A program made the position numbers and the translations under genes. Source: Pseudomonas aeruginosa PAO1 (GTDB lineage Bacteria > Pseudomonadota > Gammaproteobacteria > Pseudomonadales > Pseudomonadaceae). From it: DNA of 64,000 bases. Positions 37,104 to 47,101 of this stretch are shown in pieces (position 1 is the first letter of the stretch; each line of letters begins with the position of its first letter). The DNA is taken from the NCBI RefSeq assembly GCF_000006765.1, contig NC_002516.2; one strand, given 5' to 3'. The notes under the pieces are model-generated. The model saw nothing but the letters and a program-made list of their open reading frames with translations. It had not been told where the DNA came from and searched no databases.

Positions 37104-38569
37104 TGAACGCCGTCGCCCCGCTGATCCCCTGCATCGTTTCCGGCGGTTCCGGGACCCGCCTGTGGCCGGTTTCCCGGGAGAGCATGCCGAAACCCTTCAT
37201 GCGCCTGGCCGATGACCAGAGCCTGTTGCAGAAGACCTTCCTGCGTATCGCCGGGCTGCCGGACGTCGCCCGCCTGCTCACGGTGACCAACCGCGACCTG
37301 CTGTTCCGCACCCTGGACGACTACCGCGCGGTCAACCGCAGCGGCCTGGCCCAGGACCTGCTGCTGGAGCCGGTGGGACGCAATACCGCGCCGGCCATCG
37401 CCGCCGCCGCGCTGCATGTGCAGGAGCACTTCGGCGACCAGGCGCAGTTGCTGATCCTTCCCGCCGACCACCTGATCCGCGACGAGCAGGCCTTCGCCGC
37501 GGCGGTGGCCGAGGCTCGCGGACTCGCGGCCCAAGGCTACCTGGTGACCTTCGGCATCACCCCGGAGCGCGCCGAGACCGGCTTCGGCTATATCGAACAG
37601 GGCGCCCCGCTGGGCAACGGCTTCCGGGTCGCGCGCTTCGTCGAGAAACCCGACCAGGCCACCGCCCAGTCCTACCTGGACAGCGGCAAGTACCTGTGGA
37701 ACGCCGGCATGTTCTGCTTCCAGGCCGCCACCGTGTTGCAGGAACTGGAGCGCCACGCGCCGGAGGTGCTGATCGCCGCCCGCGCCGCCCTGGCCGACGG
37801 CAGCAGCCTGGAGAACGGCCAGTGCCGCCAGCGCGAGCTGGCCGCCGGGGCCTTCGCCGAGGCGCCGGACATCTCCGTCGACTACGCGCTGATGGAGCGC
37901 TCGGACAAGGTCGCCGTGGTGCCCTGCTCCATCGGCTGGAGCGACATCGGCTCCTGGCAGGCGCTGCGCGAACTCAGCGCGGCGGACGAGAACGGCAACC
38001 AGGTACGCGGCGAAAGCGTGCTGCACGACGTCAGCAACTGCTACATCGATTCGCCGAAGCGCCTGGTCGGCGCCGTCGGCGTGCACGACCTGATCATCGT
38101 CGACACCCCCGACGCCCTGCTGGTGGCCGACGCGGCGCGCAGCCAGGACGTCAAGTTCGTCGCCCAGGAACTCAAGCGTCGCGGCCACGACGCCTTCCGC
38201 CTGCACCGCACGGTCAGCCGGCCCTGGGGCACCTACACCGTGCTCGAGGAAGGCCGCCGCTTCAAGATCAAGCGCATCGTGGTGCGCCCCAAGGCTTCGC
38301 TGTCGTTGCAGATGCACCACCATCGCAGCGAGCACTGGATCGTGGTCAGCGGCATGGCGCTGGTGGAGAACGGCGAGCGCGAGTTTCTCCTCAACACCAA
38401 CGAATCCACCTTCATCCCCGCCGGGCATAGCCACCGCCTGAGCAATCCGGGGATCATCGACCTGGTGATGATCGAGGTACAGAGCGGCGAGTACCTCGGC
38501 GAGGACGACATCGTCCGCTTCAACGACATCTACGGTCGCGCCCCCGCCAGCGACGAGAAGAAAGCCTGA
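37103..38569 (+). CDS. pslB: Bifunctional mannose-1-P guanylyltransferase/phosphomannose isomerase PslB
   Basis: GGSGTRLWPVSR..PKPF, EPVGRNTAPA, C-terminal cupin (RPWG, HHHRSEHW). Confidence 0.95.
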   Translation: MNAVAPLIPCIVSGGSGTRLWPVSRESMPKPFMRLADDQSLLQKTFLRIAGLPDVARLLTVTNRDLLFRTLDDYRAVNRSGLAQDLLLEPVGRNTAPAIAAAALHVQEHFGDQAQLLILPADHLIRDEQAFAAAVAEARGLAAQGYLVTFGITPERAETGFGYIEQGAPLGNGFRVARFVEKPDQATAQSYLDSGKYLWNAGMFCFQAATVLQELERHAPEVLIAARAALADGSSLENGQCRQRELAAGAFAEAPDISVDYALMERSDKVAVVPCSIGWSDIGSWQALRELSAADENGNQVRGESVLHDVSNCYIDSPKRLVGAVGVHDLIIVDTPDALLVADAARSQDVKFVAQELKRRGHDAFRLHRTVSRPWGTYTVLEEGRRFKIKRIVVRPKASLSLQMHHHRSEHWIVVSGMALVENGEREFLLNTNESTFIPAGHSHRLSNPGIIDLVMIEVQSGEYLGEDDIVRFNDIYGRAPASDEKKA

Positions 38570-39480
38570 TGCGCTGCGCCCTGGTCATTCCCACGCGCAA
38601 CGCCGGCGCGCACCTGGACCGGCTGCTGCCGGCCCTGGCCGCGCAACGGCGGCAGCCGGACAGCATCCTGGTGGTGGACAGCCGCTCCAGCGACGACACG
38701 GTGGAGCGCTTCCGCGCCTTCGGCGCGCGGGTCGAGGTCATCGAGCCGGCCAGCTTCAACCACGGCGGGACGCGGCGCTGGGCCAGCCAGCAGGTCGAGG
38801 CCGACGCGCTGATCTACCTGACCCAGGACGCCATTCCCGCCTCGCCCGACAGTTTCGCCAACCTGCTCGACGAACTCTATGCCGAGGCCGACATCGGCGT
38901 GGCCTACGGCCGCCAGTTGCCGCACCCCGGCGCCGGCCTGCTCGGTGCCCAGGCGCGGCGCTTCAACTACCCGCCGGAAAGCCGCAGCAAGCGCCTGGCC
39001 GACGCCTCGGAACTGGGGATCAAGACCTGCTTCAGTTCCGACTCGTTCTCCGCCTACCGCAGCGACGCCCTGGCGGCCGTCGGCGACTTCCCCGAAGACG
39101 TCATCGGCAGCGAGGACGCCTACGTCGCCGCGCGCCTGCTGCAGGCCGGCTACGCGGTGCGCTACGCGGCCAGCGCCGAGGTCTACCATTCCCACGATTA
39201 CCGCTTGCTGGAAGAGTTCCGCCGCTATTTCGACATCGGCGTGTTCTACGGCCGCGAGCGTTGGATACGTGCCGCCTTCGGCGGCGCGGGTGGCGAGGGC
39301 AAGCGCTATGTCCTCGCCGAGATACAGGCCTTGCGTGCCGCCGGTGCCCTGTATCGCGTACCTGAAATAGCGCTGCGTAGCGCGTTCAAGCTGCTCGGCT
39401 ACCGCCTTGGCCAGCTGGAACGCCACCTGCCGGTCGCCCTCAAGCGCCGCATCAGCATGTTTCCAGGCTACTGGAAGTGA
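38569..39480 (+). CDS. pslC: GT2 glycosyltransferase PslC (rhamnosyltransferase-like)
   Basis: VIPTRN, DSRSSD, FNHGGTR, LTQDA, GSED motifs. Confidence 0.93.
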   Translation: MRCALVIPTRNAGAHLDRLLPALAAQRRQPDSILVVDSRSSDDTVERFRAFGARVEVIEPASFNHGGTRRWASQQVEADALIYLTQDAIPASPDSFANLLDELYAEADIGVAYGRQLPHPGAGLLGAQARRFNYPPESRSKRLADASELGIKTCFSSDSFSAYRSDALAAVGDFPEDVIGSEDAYVAARLLQAGYAVRYAASAEVYHSHDYRLLEEFRRYFDIGVFYGRERWIRAAFGGAGGEGKRYVLAEIQALRAAGALYRVPEIALRSAFKLLGYRLGQLERHLPVALKRRISMFPGYWK

Positions 39481-39509
39481 ACATCATGACCTACAGGAAG
39501 TGCTCCCTC

Positions 39510-40280
39510 ATGAAACGCACCCTCCTCATGCTCGCCATGCTCGCCCTGGCCGCATGCAACACCCCCGCACGGATTCCCGCACCGGACAGCGACACCGTGG
39601 ACAGCGGCAAGCGTGCCCTGGAAGAACTCGCCAGGCTACCGCCGGCGATGGAGCGGGTGCGCGTCGGGGACACCCTGCGGATCGTCCGCGATGCCGGGGA
39701 GATGCCGACCCTCTCGGCGTTCAACGTCGCCACCATCTATGAACTGACGCTGTACACCGTGCTCAACGACGGCAGCATCTACTATCCGTTCATCGGTCGC
39801 ATCCAGGCCGCGCACCGCACGCCGCAGGAAATCGCCAACGAGCTGACCACCAAGCTCGCGCCGATCTACCGCGAGCCGCGGGTCACGGTGAACATCAACC
39901 AGGCGCCGGGCAATACGGTGTTCGTCGGCGGCGCGGTGCGCAACCCGTCGGCCGTGCCGATCCCCGCCGCCAACAACATGGAGCAGGCGATCCTCGGCGC
40001 CGGCGGCATCCTGCCGGTGGGCGACGCCCGCCGCGTGGCGCTCATGCGCGAGGACTCGGAAGGCCGCTATCACGCCTACTTCCTCGACTTCAGCCAGTTG
40101 ATGAAGATCGGGCCGGAAGGCCGCAAGCCCCTGGCCATGCAGCGTGGCGACATCGTCTTCGTGCCCAAGTCGATGGTCGGCGACCGTATCGAGGGCGTCG
40201 ACGTCTACCTGAACCAGTTGCTGCCCTTCGCCAAGTCCATCGGCGTCGGCGTCAGCTACACCGTCAACAATGATCGCTGA
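39510..40280 (+). CDS. pslD: Wza-like polysaccharide export lipoprotein PslD
   Basis: Lipobox LAAC; DGSIYYPFIG and SLBB-type GGAVRNP; 256 aa. Confidence 0.93.
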   Translation: MKRTLLMLAMLALAACNTPARIPAPDSDTVDSGKRALEELARLPPAMERVRVGDTLRIVRDAGEMPTLSAFNVATIYELTLYTVLNDGSIYYPFIGRIQAAHRTPQEIANELTTKLAPIYREPRVTVNINQAPGNTVFVGGAVRNPSAVPIPAANNMEQAILGAGGILPVGDARRVALMREDSEGRYHAYFLDFSQLMKIGPEGRKPLAMQRGDIVFVPKSMVGDRIEGVDVYLNQLLPFAKSIGVGVSYTVNNDR

Positions 40281-40294
40281 GGAGCGACATCGCC

Positions 40295-42283
40295 ATGATA
40301 GAAATTCGTTCCTTGCGTGATCTGTTGCGCCTGCTGTTCATCTACCAGCGCGAGTTCAAGCTGGCGGCCCTCAGCGCGGTGGTGATCATCGTCCTCGGCG
40401 CCTTCCTGCTGCCGGCCAAGTACGAGTCCAACGCACGCCTGCTGGTCAAGCCGGGCCGTGACTCGACCCTGCCGATAGAGATCAGCAACCGCCAGGCGCT
40501 GGTGATGCCGAGCACCCAGCGCGACCCTATCGTCGACGAAGAACGCCTGCTCACCGGCCGGCCGATCGTCCGTCAGGTGGCCGAGCGCTACCTCGAGGTG
40601 CTGGCCAACCGGCCGCCGCCGGAGGGCCTGTGGAAGCGCACCAAGTTCTATGTGAAGAAGGCCATCGGCGCGGTGTTCGACGGGATTCGCGTGACCCTGG
40701 AAACCTTCGGCGTGATCGAGGAAACCACCGCGGTCGAGCGCCTGGCCAAGGACCTCGAGAAGAAATTCGAGGTCACCCATGCGGCCGGCTCGACGGTGAT
40801 GGAGATCAGCTTCACCTGGAGCGAGCCGGAAGTCGCCCAGGAAGTGGTCAAGGCCTGGATCGAGATCTACATGGAAGAGCGCACCCAGGCGCTCGGCCGC
40901 AAGAGCCTGTACGCCTTCTACGAGGCGCAGACTGCCGACAGCGCGGCGCAGATCAAGAGCTACAAGGCGCAGATCCTCAAGCACCTCAACGAGATCGGCG
41001 CATCCAGCATCGAGGACCGCCTGCAGGACCTGTCCGAGCGGATCAACGTGCTGCGCGGCGAGCGTTTCAACTCGATCCGCCTGATCGCCTCCTCCGACAG
41101 CGCCCTGGAATCCACCCGCCAGCAACTCAAGGGGCTGCCCAGGGAGATCGTCACGGTGCGGCAGATCGCGCTGAACCCGGCGCAGCAGGACCTGCGCCGG
41201 CTGCTCAACCAGAAGCGCCTGGAACGCGCCGACATGATGCGCACCTACACCGACGACGCGCCGCCGGTGAAGGCCCTGGACGCCTCGATCCGTGCCCTGG
41301 AGAAGGAAGTCCAGGACGAAGGCGCCACCGTGCAGAGTTCCGAGGACCGCGCGCCGAACACCCTGACCACTCACCTGGAACGGGTCCTGCTGGACGAGAC
41401 CAGCAACAACGCGGCCCTGCGCACCCAGCTCGCGGAGCAGGAAAAGCAGCTCGCCGAACTCGAGGCGCAACGGCGCGAAGCGCTGGACATCGAGCCGACC
41501 CTGGCGCGCCTGCAGCGCGAGCTGAACGCCACCGAGCGCAACTACGCGCTGTACGTCGACAGCCTGGAGAAATCGCGGATCGACCGTGAACTGGACAAGA
41601 GCCAGATCAGCAACATCTCGGTGATCGAGGAAGCCACCTACAACCCCGGGCGGATCTTCCCGAAAACCCTGCTGATGCTGTTCCTCGCCGTGCCCTTCGG
41701 CCTCGCCGTCGGCCTGCTGGTGGTCTATCTCTGCTACCTGCTCGACCAGCGCATCCACGACGGCGGCCTGGTCGAGGAGAAATTCGGCCTGCCGCTGTGG
41801 ACCACCCTGCCGGAGCTGAGCAACAGCACCGCGGAGAGCAGCAACGCCTTCACCGCCAGCATCTACCGGCTGTACGGGCTGCTGCCCTACGCGCGCATCG
41901 AGGAAAAGGGCCTGACCCTGGGCCTGACCTCGGCGCGCCACGGTGAAGGCGTGACCTTCATCATCGAGCAACTGCGCCGCCTGCTGGAGGAAAACGGCGT
42001 GCGCGTGCGGATCGGCGGCGAACCGGCCCAGCCGGGTGAAGTGGTATTGCTCGACGCGCCGGCCCTGCTGGACAGCCGCGAGGCCTTCATCGCCCTGCGC
42101 CGCGCCGACCTGATCGCCCTGGTGGTAGAGGCGCAGAAGAGCACCGTGCCGGTGGTCGAGCATGCGCTGACCATCCTCACCACGGCGTTCGGCAAGGTCG
42201 ACGGGATCATCATCAACCGGCGCCGCTTCGAGGTGCCGAGCAAGGTCCTGCAGACCATCGCCCGCTACCGGAGCGCGTTCTGA
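40295..42283 (+). CDS. pslE: Wzc-like polysaccharide co-polymerase PslE
   Basis: Two TMs flanking a coiled-coil periplasmic region; degenerate kinase-like C-terminus. Confidence 0.93.
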   Translation: MIEIRSLRDLLRLLFIYQREFKLAALSAVVIIVLGAFLLPAKYESNARLLVKPGRDSTLPIEISNRQALVMPSTQRDPIVDEERLLTGRPIVRQVAERYLEVLANRPPPEGLWKRTKFYVKKAIGAVFDGIRVTLETFGVIEETTAVERLAKDLEKKFEVTHAAGSTVMEISFTWSEPEVAQEVVKAWIEIYMEERTQALGRKSLYAFYEAQTADSAAQIKSYKAQILKHLNEIGASSIEDRLQDLSERINVLRGERFNSIRLIASSDSALESTRQQLKGLPREIVTVRQIALNPAQQDLRRLLNQKRLERADMMRTYTDDAPPVKALDASIRALEKEVQDEGATVQSSEDRAPNTLTTHLERVLLDETSNNAALRTQLAEQEKQLAELEAQRREALDIEPTLARLQRELNATERNYALYVDSLEKSRIDRELDKSQISNISVIEEATYNPGRIFPKTLLMLFLAVPFGLAVGLLVVYLCYLLDQRIHDGGLVEEKFGLPLWTTLPELSNSTAESSNAFTASIYRLYGLLPYARIEEKGLTLGLTSARHGEGVTFIIEQLRRLLEENGVRVRIGGEPAQPGEVVLLDAPALLDSREAFIALRRADLIALVVEAQKSTVPVVEHALTILTTAFGKVDGIIINRRRFEVPSKVLQTIARYRSAF

Positions 42284-43470
42284 TGCGGATCGCCCTCCTC
42301 GCGCCCCTGCCGCCGGAAAAGAATGGCATCGCCGACTACGCCAGTCATTTCCGCAACGCCCTGCAGGGTCTCGGCATCGAAGTAGCCACGCCGCTCGCCG
42401 GCGTGGCGGCCGACAGCGCGAATATCGCCAGCCGGCTGGACAGCGTCGACTGGAACGCCTTCGACCTGGTCCATGCCGAACTCGGCGGCGGCCGCCTGGG
42501 CGAGTTCATCGCCCTGCGCGAGCTGCGCAAGCGCTTCCCGCGCCTGCCGCTGAGCGCCACGGTGCACGATCCGGAGCGCATGGTCTGGCGCCGCGAGCGC
42601 CTGCCCTGGCCGCTGAACCTGCTGGAACGCCTGCCCTCTCCCCTGCCCCAGGCCGCCGTGGTGCTCGCCGACCCGCTGACCCTGCGCGAAGAGCGTGCCG
42701 TGGCCCAGGGCCTGACGCGCCTGGTGACCCTCACCGGCCTGGGCGGCGAGTGCCTGGCCCGGCGGATGCGCCTGCCGCCCGGGCGGGTCGAGGTGATCAA
42801 CCACGGCAACCTGGAGATCGCCACGGTGCCGCTGCCGTCGCTGGACACCCTGCGCCTGCTGTACTTCGGATTCATCTATCGCGGCAAAGGCATCGAGGAC
42901 CTGCTCGAGGCCCTCGCCGACCTGTTCGCCAGCGCGCCGGAGATGCGCCAGCGCGTGCGCCTGACCCTGGCCGGCGGCACCGCCGCGGAAATGGCCTTCG
43001 GCGCCGGCGGCAACTACCTCTACCAGTTGAAGGCACAGATCGCCGAGCTTGGCCTGGCCGACGCCATCGACTGGAACCTGAACCTGGCCGCCGCGGACAT
43101 CCCGCGTACCATCCAGGCCCACCACGTGATGGTCCTGCCGTACCGCGAGTCGAAGAAACTCGGTCTGCTCGGCCAGCAGCGCGGCACCAGCGGCGCCCTG
43201 TCCTGGGCGGCAGCCTGCGGGCGCGGCGCGATCACCTCGGACGCTCGCGCCTTCGCCGAGGAAGTCGCCAGCGGCAACGGCGCCATCTACCCTCAGGGAG
43301 ACGTGGCAGCCCTCTCCGAACAGTTGTTGAACCTCGCTCGCGAACCCCGCCTGGCACAGGCCTGGGCCGAGCGCGCCGGAGCGATCGGCCATGCGCGGAC
43401 CTGGCCGCGCACCGCGCTGCGCTTCCAGGCACTGTTCAACGACATGGTGGGAACCGTTCATGGCACGTAA
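42283..43470 (+). CDS. pslF: GT4 glycosyltransferase PslF
   Basis: PLPPEKNGIADY, FGFIYRGKGIE, LPY..SG motifs. Confidence 0.92.
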   Translation: MRIALLAPLPPEKNGIADYASHFRNALQGLGIEVATPLAGVAADSANIASRLDSVDWNAFDLVHAELGGGRLGEFIALRELRKRFPRLPLSATVHDPERMVWRRERLPWPLNLLERLPSPLPQAAVVLADPLTLREERAVAQGLTRLVTLTGLGGECLARRMRLPPGRVEVINHGNLEIATVPLPSLDTLRLLYFGFIYRGKGIEDLLEALADLFASAPEMRQRVRLTLAGGTAAEMAFGAGGNYLYQLKAQIAELGLADAIDWNLNLAAADIPRTIQAHHVMVLPYRESKKLGLLGQQRGTSGALSWAAACGRGAITSDARAFAEEVASGNGAIYPQGDVAALSEQLLNLAREPRLAQAWAERAGAIGHARTWPRTALRFQALFNDMVGTVHGT

Positions 43471-44788
43471 GGGACTCTATCTGGGCGGCAGCGCGCTGCT
43501 GCTCGCCGTGGTACTGCTGCTGGTGTTCTGGGGGCGTCCCGCCGACGCCGAGATCCAGGTACTGAAGGCGCCTCGCGCGGTGGTCTGGAAAGACTTCCTC
43601 GGGGTCAACGCGCAGTTCCTCTGGTTCAGCCCGGAGCGTTACAACAAGCAGATCGACCGCCTGCAGGACCTGGGGCTGGAGTGGGTGCGCCTGGACCTGC
43701 ACTGGGACCGCCTGGAAACCGCCGAGGACCAGTACCAGCTGGCCTCCCTCGACCAGTTGGTCAAAGATCTCGAGGCGCGCCAGCTGAAGTCGGTGTTCTA
43801 CCTGGTCGGCTCGGCCCGCTTCATCACCACCGCGCCGTTCTACTCGCCCTTCCAGGACCAGTATCCGCCGCGCGACCCGGAAGTCTTCGCCCGGCGCATG
43901 GCGATGCTCTCGCAGCGCTACCCGAGCGTGGCCGCCTGGCAGGTATGGAACGAGCCCAACCTGATCGGCTTCTGGCGGCCCAAGGCCGACCCGGAAGGCT
44001 ACGCCAAGCTGCTCCAGGCCAGCACCATCGCCCTGCGCATGGTCGACCCGGAGAAGCCGGTGGTTTCCGCCGGCATGGCCTTCTTCAGCGAGATGCCCGA
44101 CGGCCGCACCATGTTCGACGCCCTCGGCCACCTGGGCGTGGAGAGCCTCGGCACCATCGCCACCTACCACCCCTATACCCAGTTGCCGGAAGGCAACTAC
44201 CCGTGGAACCTGGACTTCGTCTCCCACGCCAACCAGATCAACCGCGCCCTGCGCAACGCCGGCGTGCCGGCGATCTGGAGCACCGAGTGGGGCTGGTCGG
44301 CCTACAAGGGGCCGAAGGAGTTGCAGGACATCATTGGCGTCGAAGGCCAGGCCGACTACGTGCTGCGTCGCCTGGCGCTGATGAGTGCGCTGGACTACGA
44401 CCGGATCTTCCTCTTCACCCTCAGCGATCTCGACCAGCGCGCCAGCGTGCGCGACCGCGACTACGGCCTGCTCGACCTGGACGCCAACCCCAAGCCGGTC
44501 TACCTGGCCCTGCAACGCTTCCTCAAGGTCACCGGGCCGAAGCTGCGCCCGGCCGACCCGCCGGTCACCGAGGACCTGCCCGACGGTTCCTTCAGCATCG
44601 GCTGGACCCGCGAGGACGGTCGCAACGTCTGGCTGTTCTGGTCGGCCCGCGGCGGCAACGTGCGCCTGCCGAAGCTCAAGGAGGCCACCCTGCACGATCC
44701 GCTCAGCGGCAAGGTCACGCCCTTGAGCGGCAGCGACGGCCTGGAAGTCCCGGTGAAGTCCAGCCTGCAGATGCTGGTCTGGGAGTGA
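43460..44788 (+). CDS. pslG: Periplasmic glycoside hydrolase PslG (GH39-like)
   Basis: WQVWNEPN (acid/base) and STEWG (nucleophile); 442 aa. Confidence 0.95.
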   Translation: MARKGLYLGGSALLLAVVLLLVFWGRPADAEIQVLKAPRAVVWKDFLGVNAQFLWFSPERYNKQIDRLQDLGLEWVRLDLHWDRLETAEDQYQLASLDQLVKDLEARQLKSVFYLVGSARFITTAPFYSPFQDQYPPRDPEVFARRMAMLSQRYPSVAAWQVWNEPNLIGFWRPKADPEGYAKLLQASTIALRMVDPEKPVVSAGMAFFSEMPDGRTMFDALGHLGVESLGTIATYHPYTQLPEGNYPWNLDFVSHANQINRALRNAGVPAIWSTEWGWSAYKGPKELQDIIGVEGQADYVLRRLALMSALDYDRIFLFTLSDLDQRASVRDRDYGLLDLDANPKPVYLALQRFLKVTGPKLRPADPPVTEDLPDGSFSIGWTREDGRNVWLFWSARGGNVRLPKLKEATLHDPLSGKVTPLSGSDGLEVPVKSSLQMLVWE

Positions 44789-44796
44789 AGCCACCC

Positions 44797-46005
44797 ATGC
44801 GTATTCTCTGGATCCTGCCCTACTCGCCCTGGCCCACCACCAGCGGCGGCAAGACCCGCCAGTACCACCTGCTGCGCAGCCTCGCGGCACGCGGCCACCG
44901 GATCACCGTGCTGCTGCACAGCAAGCAGCCGGTGAGCGCCGAGGACCGCCAGGCCCTGGAGCCCTTCCTCGAACGCCTGGTCGTGCTGCCGCGCCGGCCG
45001 CTGCGCAGCCTCTCCACGCTGCTCGCCGCGCTGTTCGCGCCCTACCCGCTGCTGGCCAGCGTCAACGGCCTGTCGGCGGAGCTGCAACGCACCGCCACGG
45101 AGTTGCTGCGCGAGCCCTGGGACGTGGTCCAGGTCGAGCACAGCTATAGCTTCCAGCCCTACGAGCGACCGCTGCGCGACGCCGGCCAGCCGTTCGTGCT
45201 CACCGAGCACAACGTCGAGTCGTCCCTCGGTGCCGCCACCTACGACCGTCTGCCGGGCTGGGCGCTGCCCTTCGTGCGCTACGACCAGTGGCGTTACCGC
45301 CGCTGGGAACGCCGGGTGATGAGCCAGGCGGCAGCGGTCGTCGCCGTGACCGAGAAAGATGCGCGGCAGCTCGGCGCGATGCTCGGCCGCCCGGTGCCAG
45401 TGGTGGTCAACGGGGTCGACTGCGAGCACTTCGCCACCGCCCGGCCGACGCCCGAAGCGCAGCGCGTGCTGTTCCTCGGCAACTACGAATACGCACCGAA
45501 CGTCGATGCCGTGGAATGGATGCTCGACGAGATCCTGCCGCGGGTCTGGGCACACTGCCCCGAGGCGCGCATGAGCGTCTGCGGCTATGCGCTGCCGGCG
45601 GAGTGGGCGCAACGCTGGAGCGATCCGCGCATCGAATGGCAAGGCTTCGTTCCCGACCTGCTGCAACTGCAATCGAGCAGTTCGGTGTTCCTCGCCGCGC
45701 TGCGCCATGGCGGCGGTTCGAAGCTGAAGGTGCTCGAGGCCCTGGCCGCCGGGCTGCCGCTGGCGAGTACCGCGCAGGGCGTTTCCGGCCTGGAACTGCG
45801 GGACGGCGAGGACTACCTCGGCGGCGAATCCGCCGAGCAGCTCGCCAACGCCGTGGTGCGCCTGTTGCAGGACCCGGCGCAGGCCCGCGCGCTGGGCGAG
45901 AACGGCCGCGCCTACGTACGTCGCGCGCACGACTGGAGCGTCGCCGCCAGCCAACTGGAACAGGTCTACGCCGGCCTCGCCGAAGGAGCGCCGGCATGCG
46001 CATAG
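44797..46005 (+). CDS. pslH: GT4 glycosyltransferase PslH
   Basis: PWPTTSGG, GNYEYAPN, KLKVLEALAAG motifs; 402 aa. Confidence 0.92.
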   Translation: MRILWILPYSPWPTTSGGKTRQYHLLRSLAARGHRITVLLHSKQPVSAEDRQALEPFLERLVVLPRRPLRSLSTLLAALFAPYPLLASVNGLSAELQRTATELLREPWDVVQVEHSYSFQPYERPLRDAGQPFVLTEHNVESSLGAATYDRLPGWALPFVRYDQWRYRRWERRVMSQAAAVVAVTEKDARQLGAMLGRPVPVVVNGVDCEHFATARPTPEAQRVLFLGNYEYAPNVDAVEWMLDEILPRVWAHCPEARMSVCGYALPAEWAQRWSDPRIEWQGFVPDLLQLQSSSSVFLAALRHGGGSKLKVLEALAAGLPLASTAQGVSGLELRDGEDYLGGESAEQLANAVVRLLQDPAQARALGENGRAYVRRAHDWSVAASQLEQVYAGLAEGAPACA

Positions 46006-47099
46006 GACTCGACTACCGCACCGTCGGCAGCTCGCCGCACTCGGGCATCAGCCGCCAGGTCTATGCCATGGAGCAGGCCCTGGAAAGCCTGCCCGGCACG
46101 CAGGTGACCCGCTTCACCGTGGCCCCTCTCGACGACCCGCTGCGCCAGCGGGCGGTCTGCCCGCCGTGGGGCTGCCCGCGCACCGCGATGCACCAGCCGC
46201 ACCAGCGCCTGCGCTTCGAAGCCGGGTTCCTCCCACGCGCCTTGCGCGAACAGGACATCGACCTGTACATCAGCACCTTCAACATGGGCCTGCCGCTACC
46301 GCCGCGTCCGCCGGGCGTGCGCTATGCGCTGCTGATCCACGATCTGTTCCAGATCACCCTGAAGAACTACCACGCCAACCGCCTCAAGGCACTGGTCTAT
46401 CGGGTCAGCGACTACCTGTCGATCGCCTATGCGCTGCGTGTCGCCGACCGTGTCTGGACCCCTTCGCAGTACAGCGCCGACGAGGCTGTGCGGCTGTTTC
46501 CCGGGGTCGCCGGGAAAGTCCGGGTGCTGCCCAACCAGGTCGACGGCTTCGCCGGCGAACCCGCCGACCTCTCGGCACGCGGCCTGCCGCCACGCTACTG
46601 GCTGCTGGTGGGTACCCGCGAACTGCGCAAGAACGTGCCCTGGTTCGTCAGTGCCTGGACCCGGGCGCGCGCCCAGGCGCCCGGCGTGCCGCCGCTGGTG
46701 CTGGTCGGCAGCCTCGACCACCTGCCCGAGGAACAACGCGGCTTGCCCGGCCTGCACGCGCTCGGCGGGCTCGACGACGCCGAACTGCACGCGCTGTACC
46801 GCCAGGCCGAGCGGCTCTGGCAACCGTCCTACGCGGAAGGCTTCGGCCTGCCGGTGGTCGAGGCGCTGAGCGTCGGCACGCCGGTGGCGGTGGCCAGCGG
46901 CACCTCGCTGGACGAAGTCACCCCGCCGTCGGCGCCGCGCTTCTCGCCCAGCGACGGCGCCGCCCTGGAACGCCTGATGCTGCGCCTGGCCGATGCGCCG
47001 CGCGAAGCCTCGGCGGAAGAACTCATCGCCTGGGCCGCGCGCTTCAACCGCGAAGCCTACCGGCAACGGCTGGCCGCACTGATCGAGGAACTGAGTTGA
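45996..47099 (+). CDS. pslI: GT4 glycosyltransferase PslI
   Basis: LIHDL, RKNVP, SYAEGFGLPVVEA motifs; 367 aa. Confidence 0.92.
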   Translation: MRIGLDYRTVGSSPHSGISRQVYAMEQALESLPGTQVTRFTVAPLDDPLRQRAVCPPWGCPRTAMHQPHQRLRFEAGFLPRALREQDIDLYISTFNMGLPLPPRPPGVRYALLIHDLFQITLKNYHANRLKALVYRVSDYLSIAYALRVADRVWTPSQYSADEAVRLFPGVAGKVRVLPNQVDGFAGEPADLSARGLPPRYWLLVGTRELRKNVPWFVSAWTRARAQAPGVPPLVLVGSLDHLPEEQRGLPGLHALGGLDDAELHALYRQAERLWQPSYAEGFGLPVVEALSVGTPVAVASGTSLDEVTPPSAPRFSPSDGAALERLMLRLADAPREASAEELIAWAARFNREAYRQRLAALIEELS

Positions 47100-47101
47100 G
47101 A

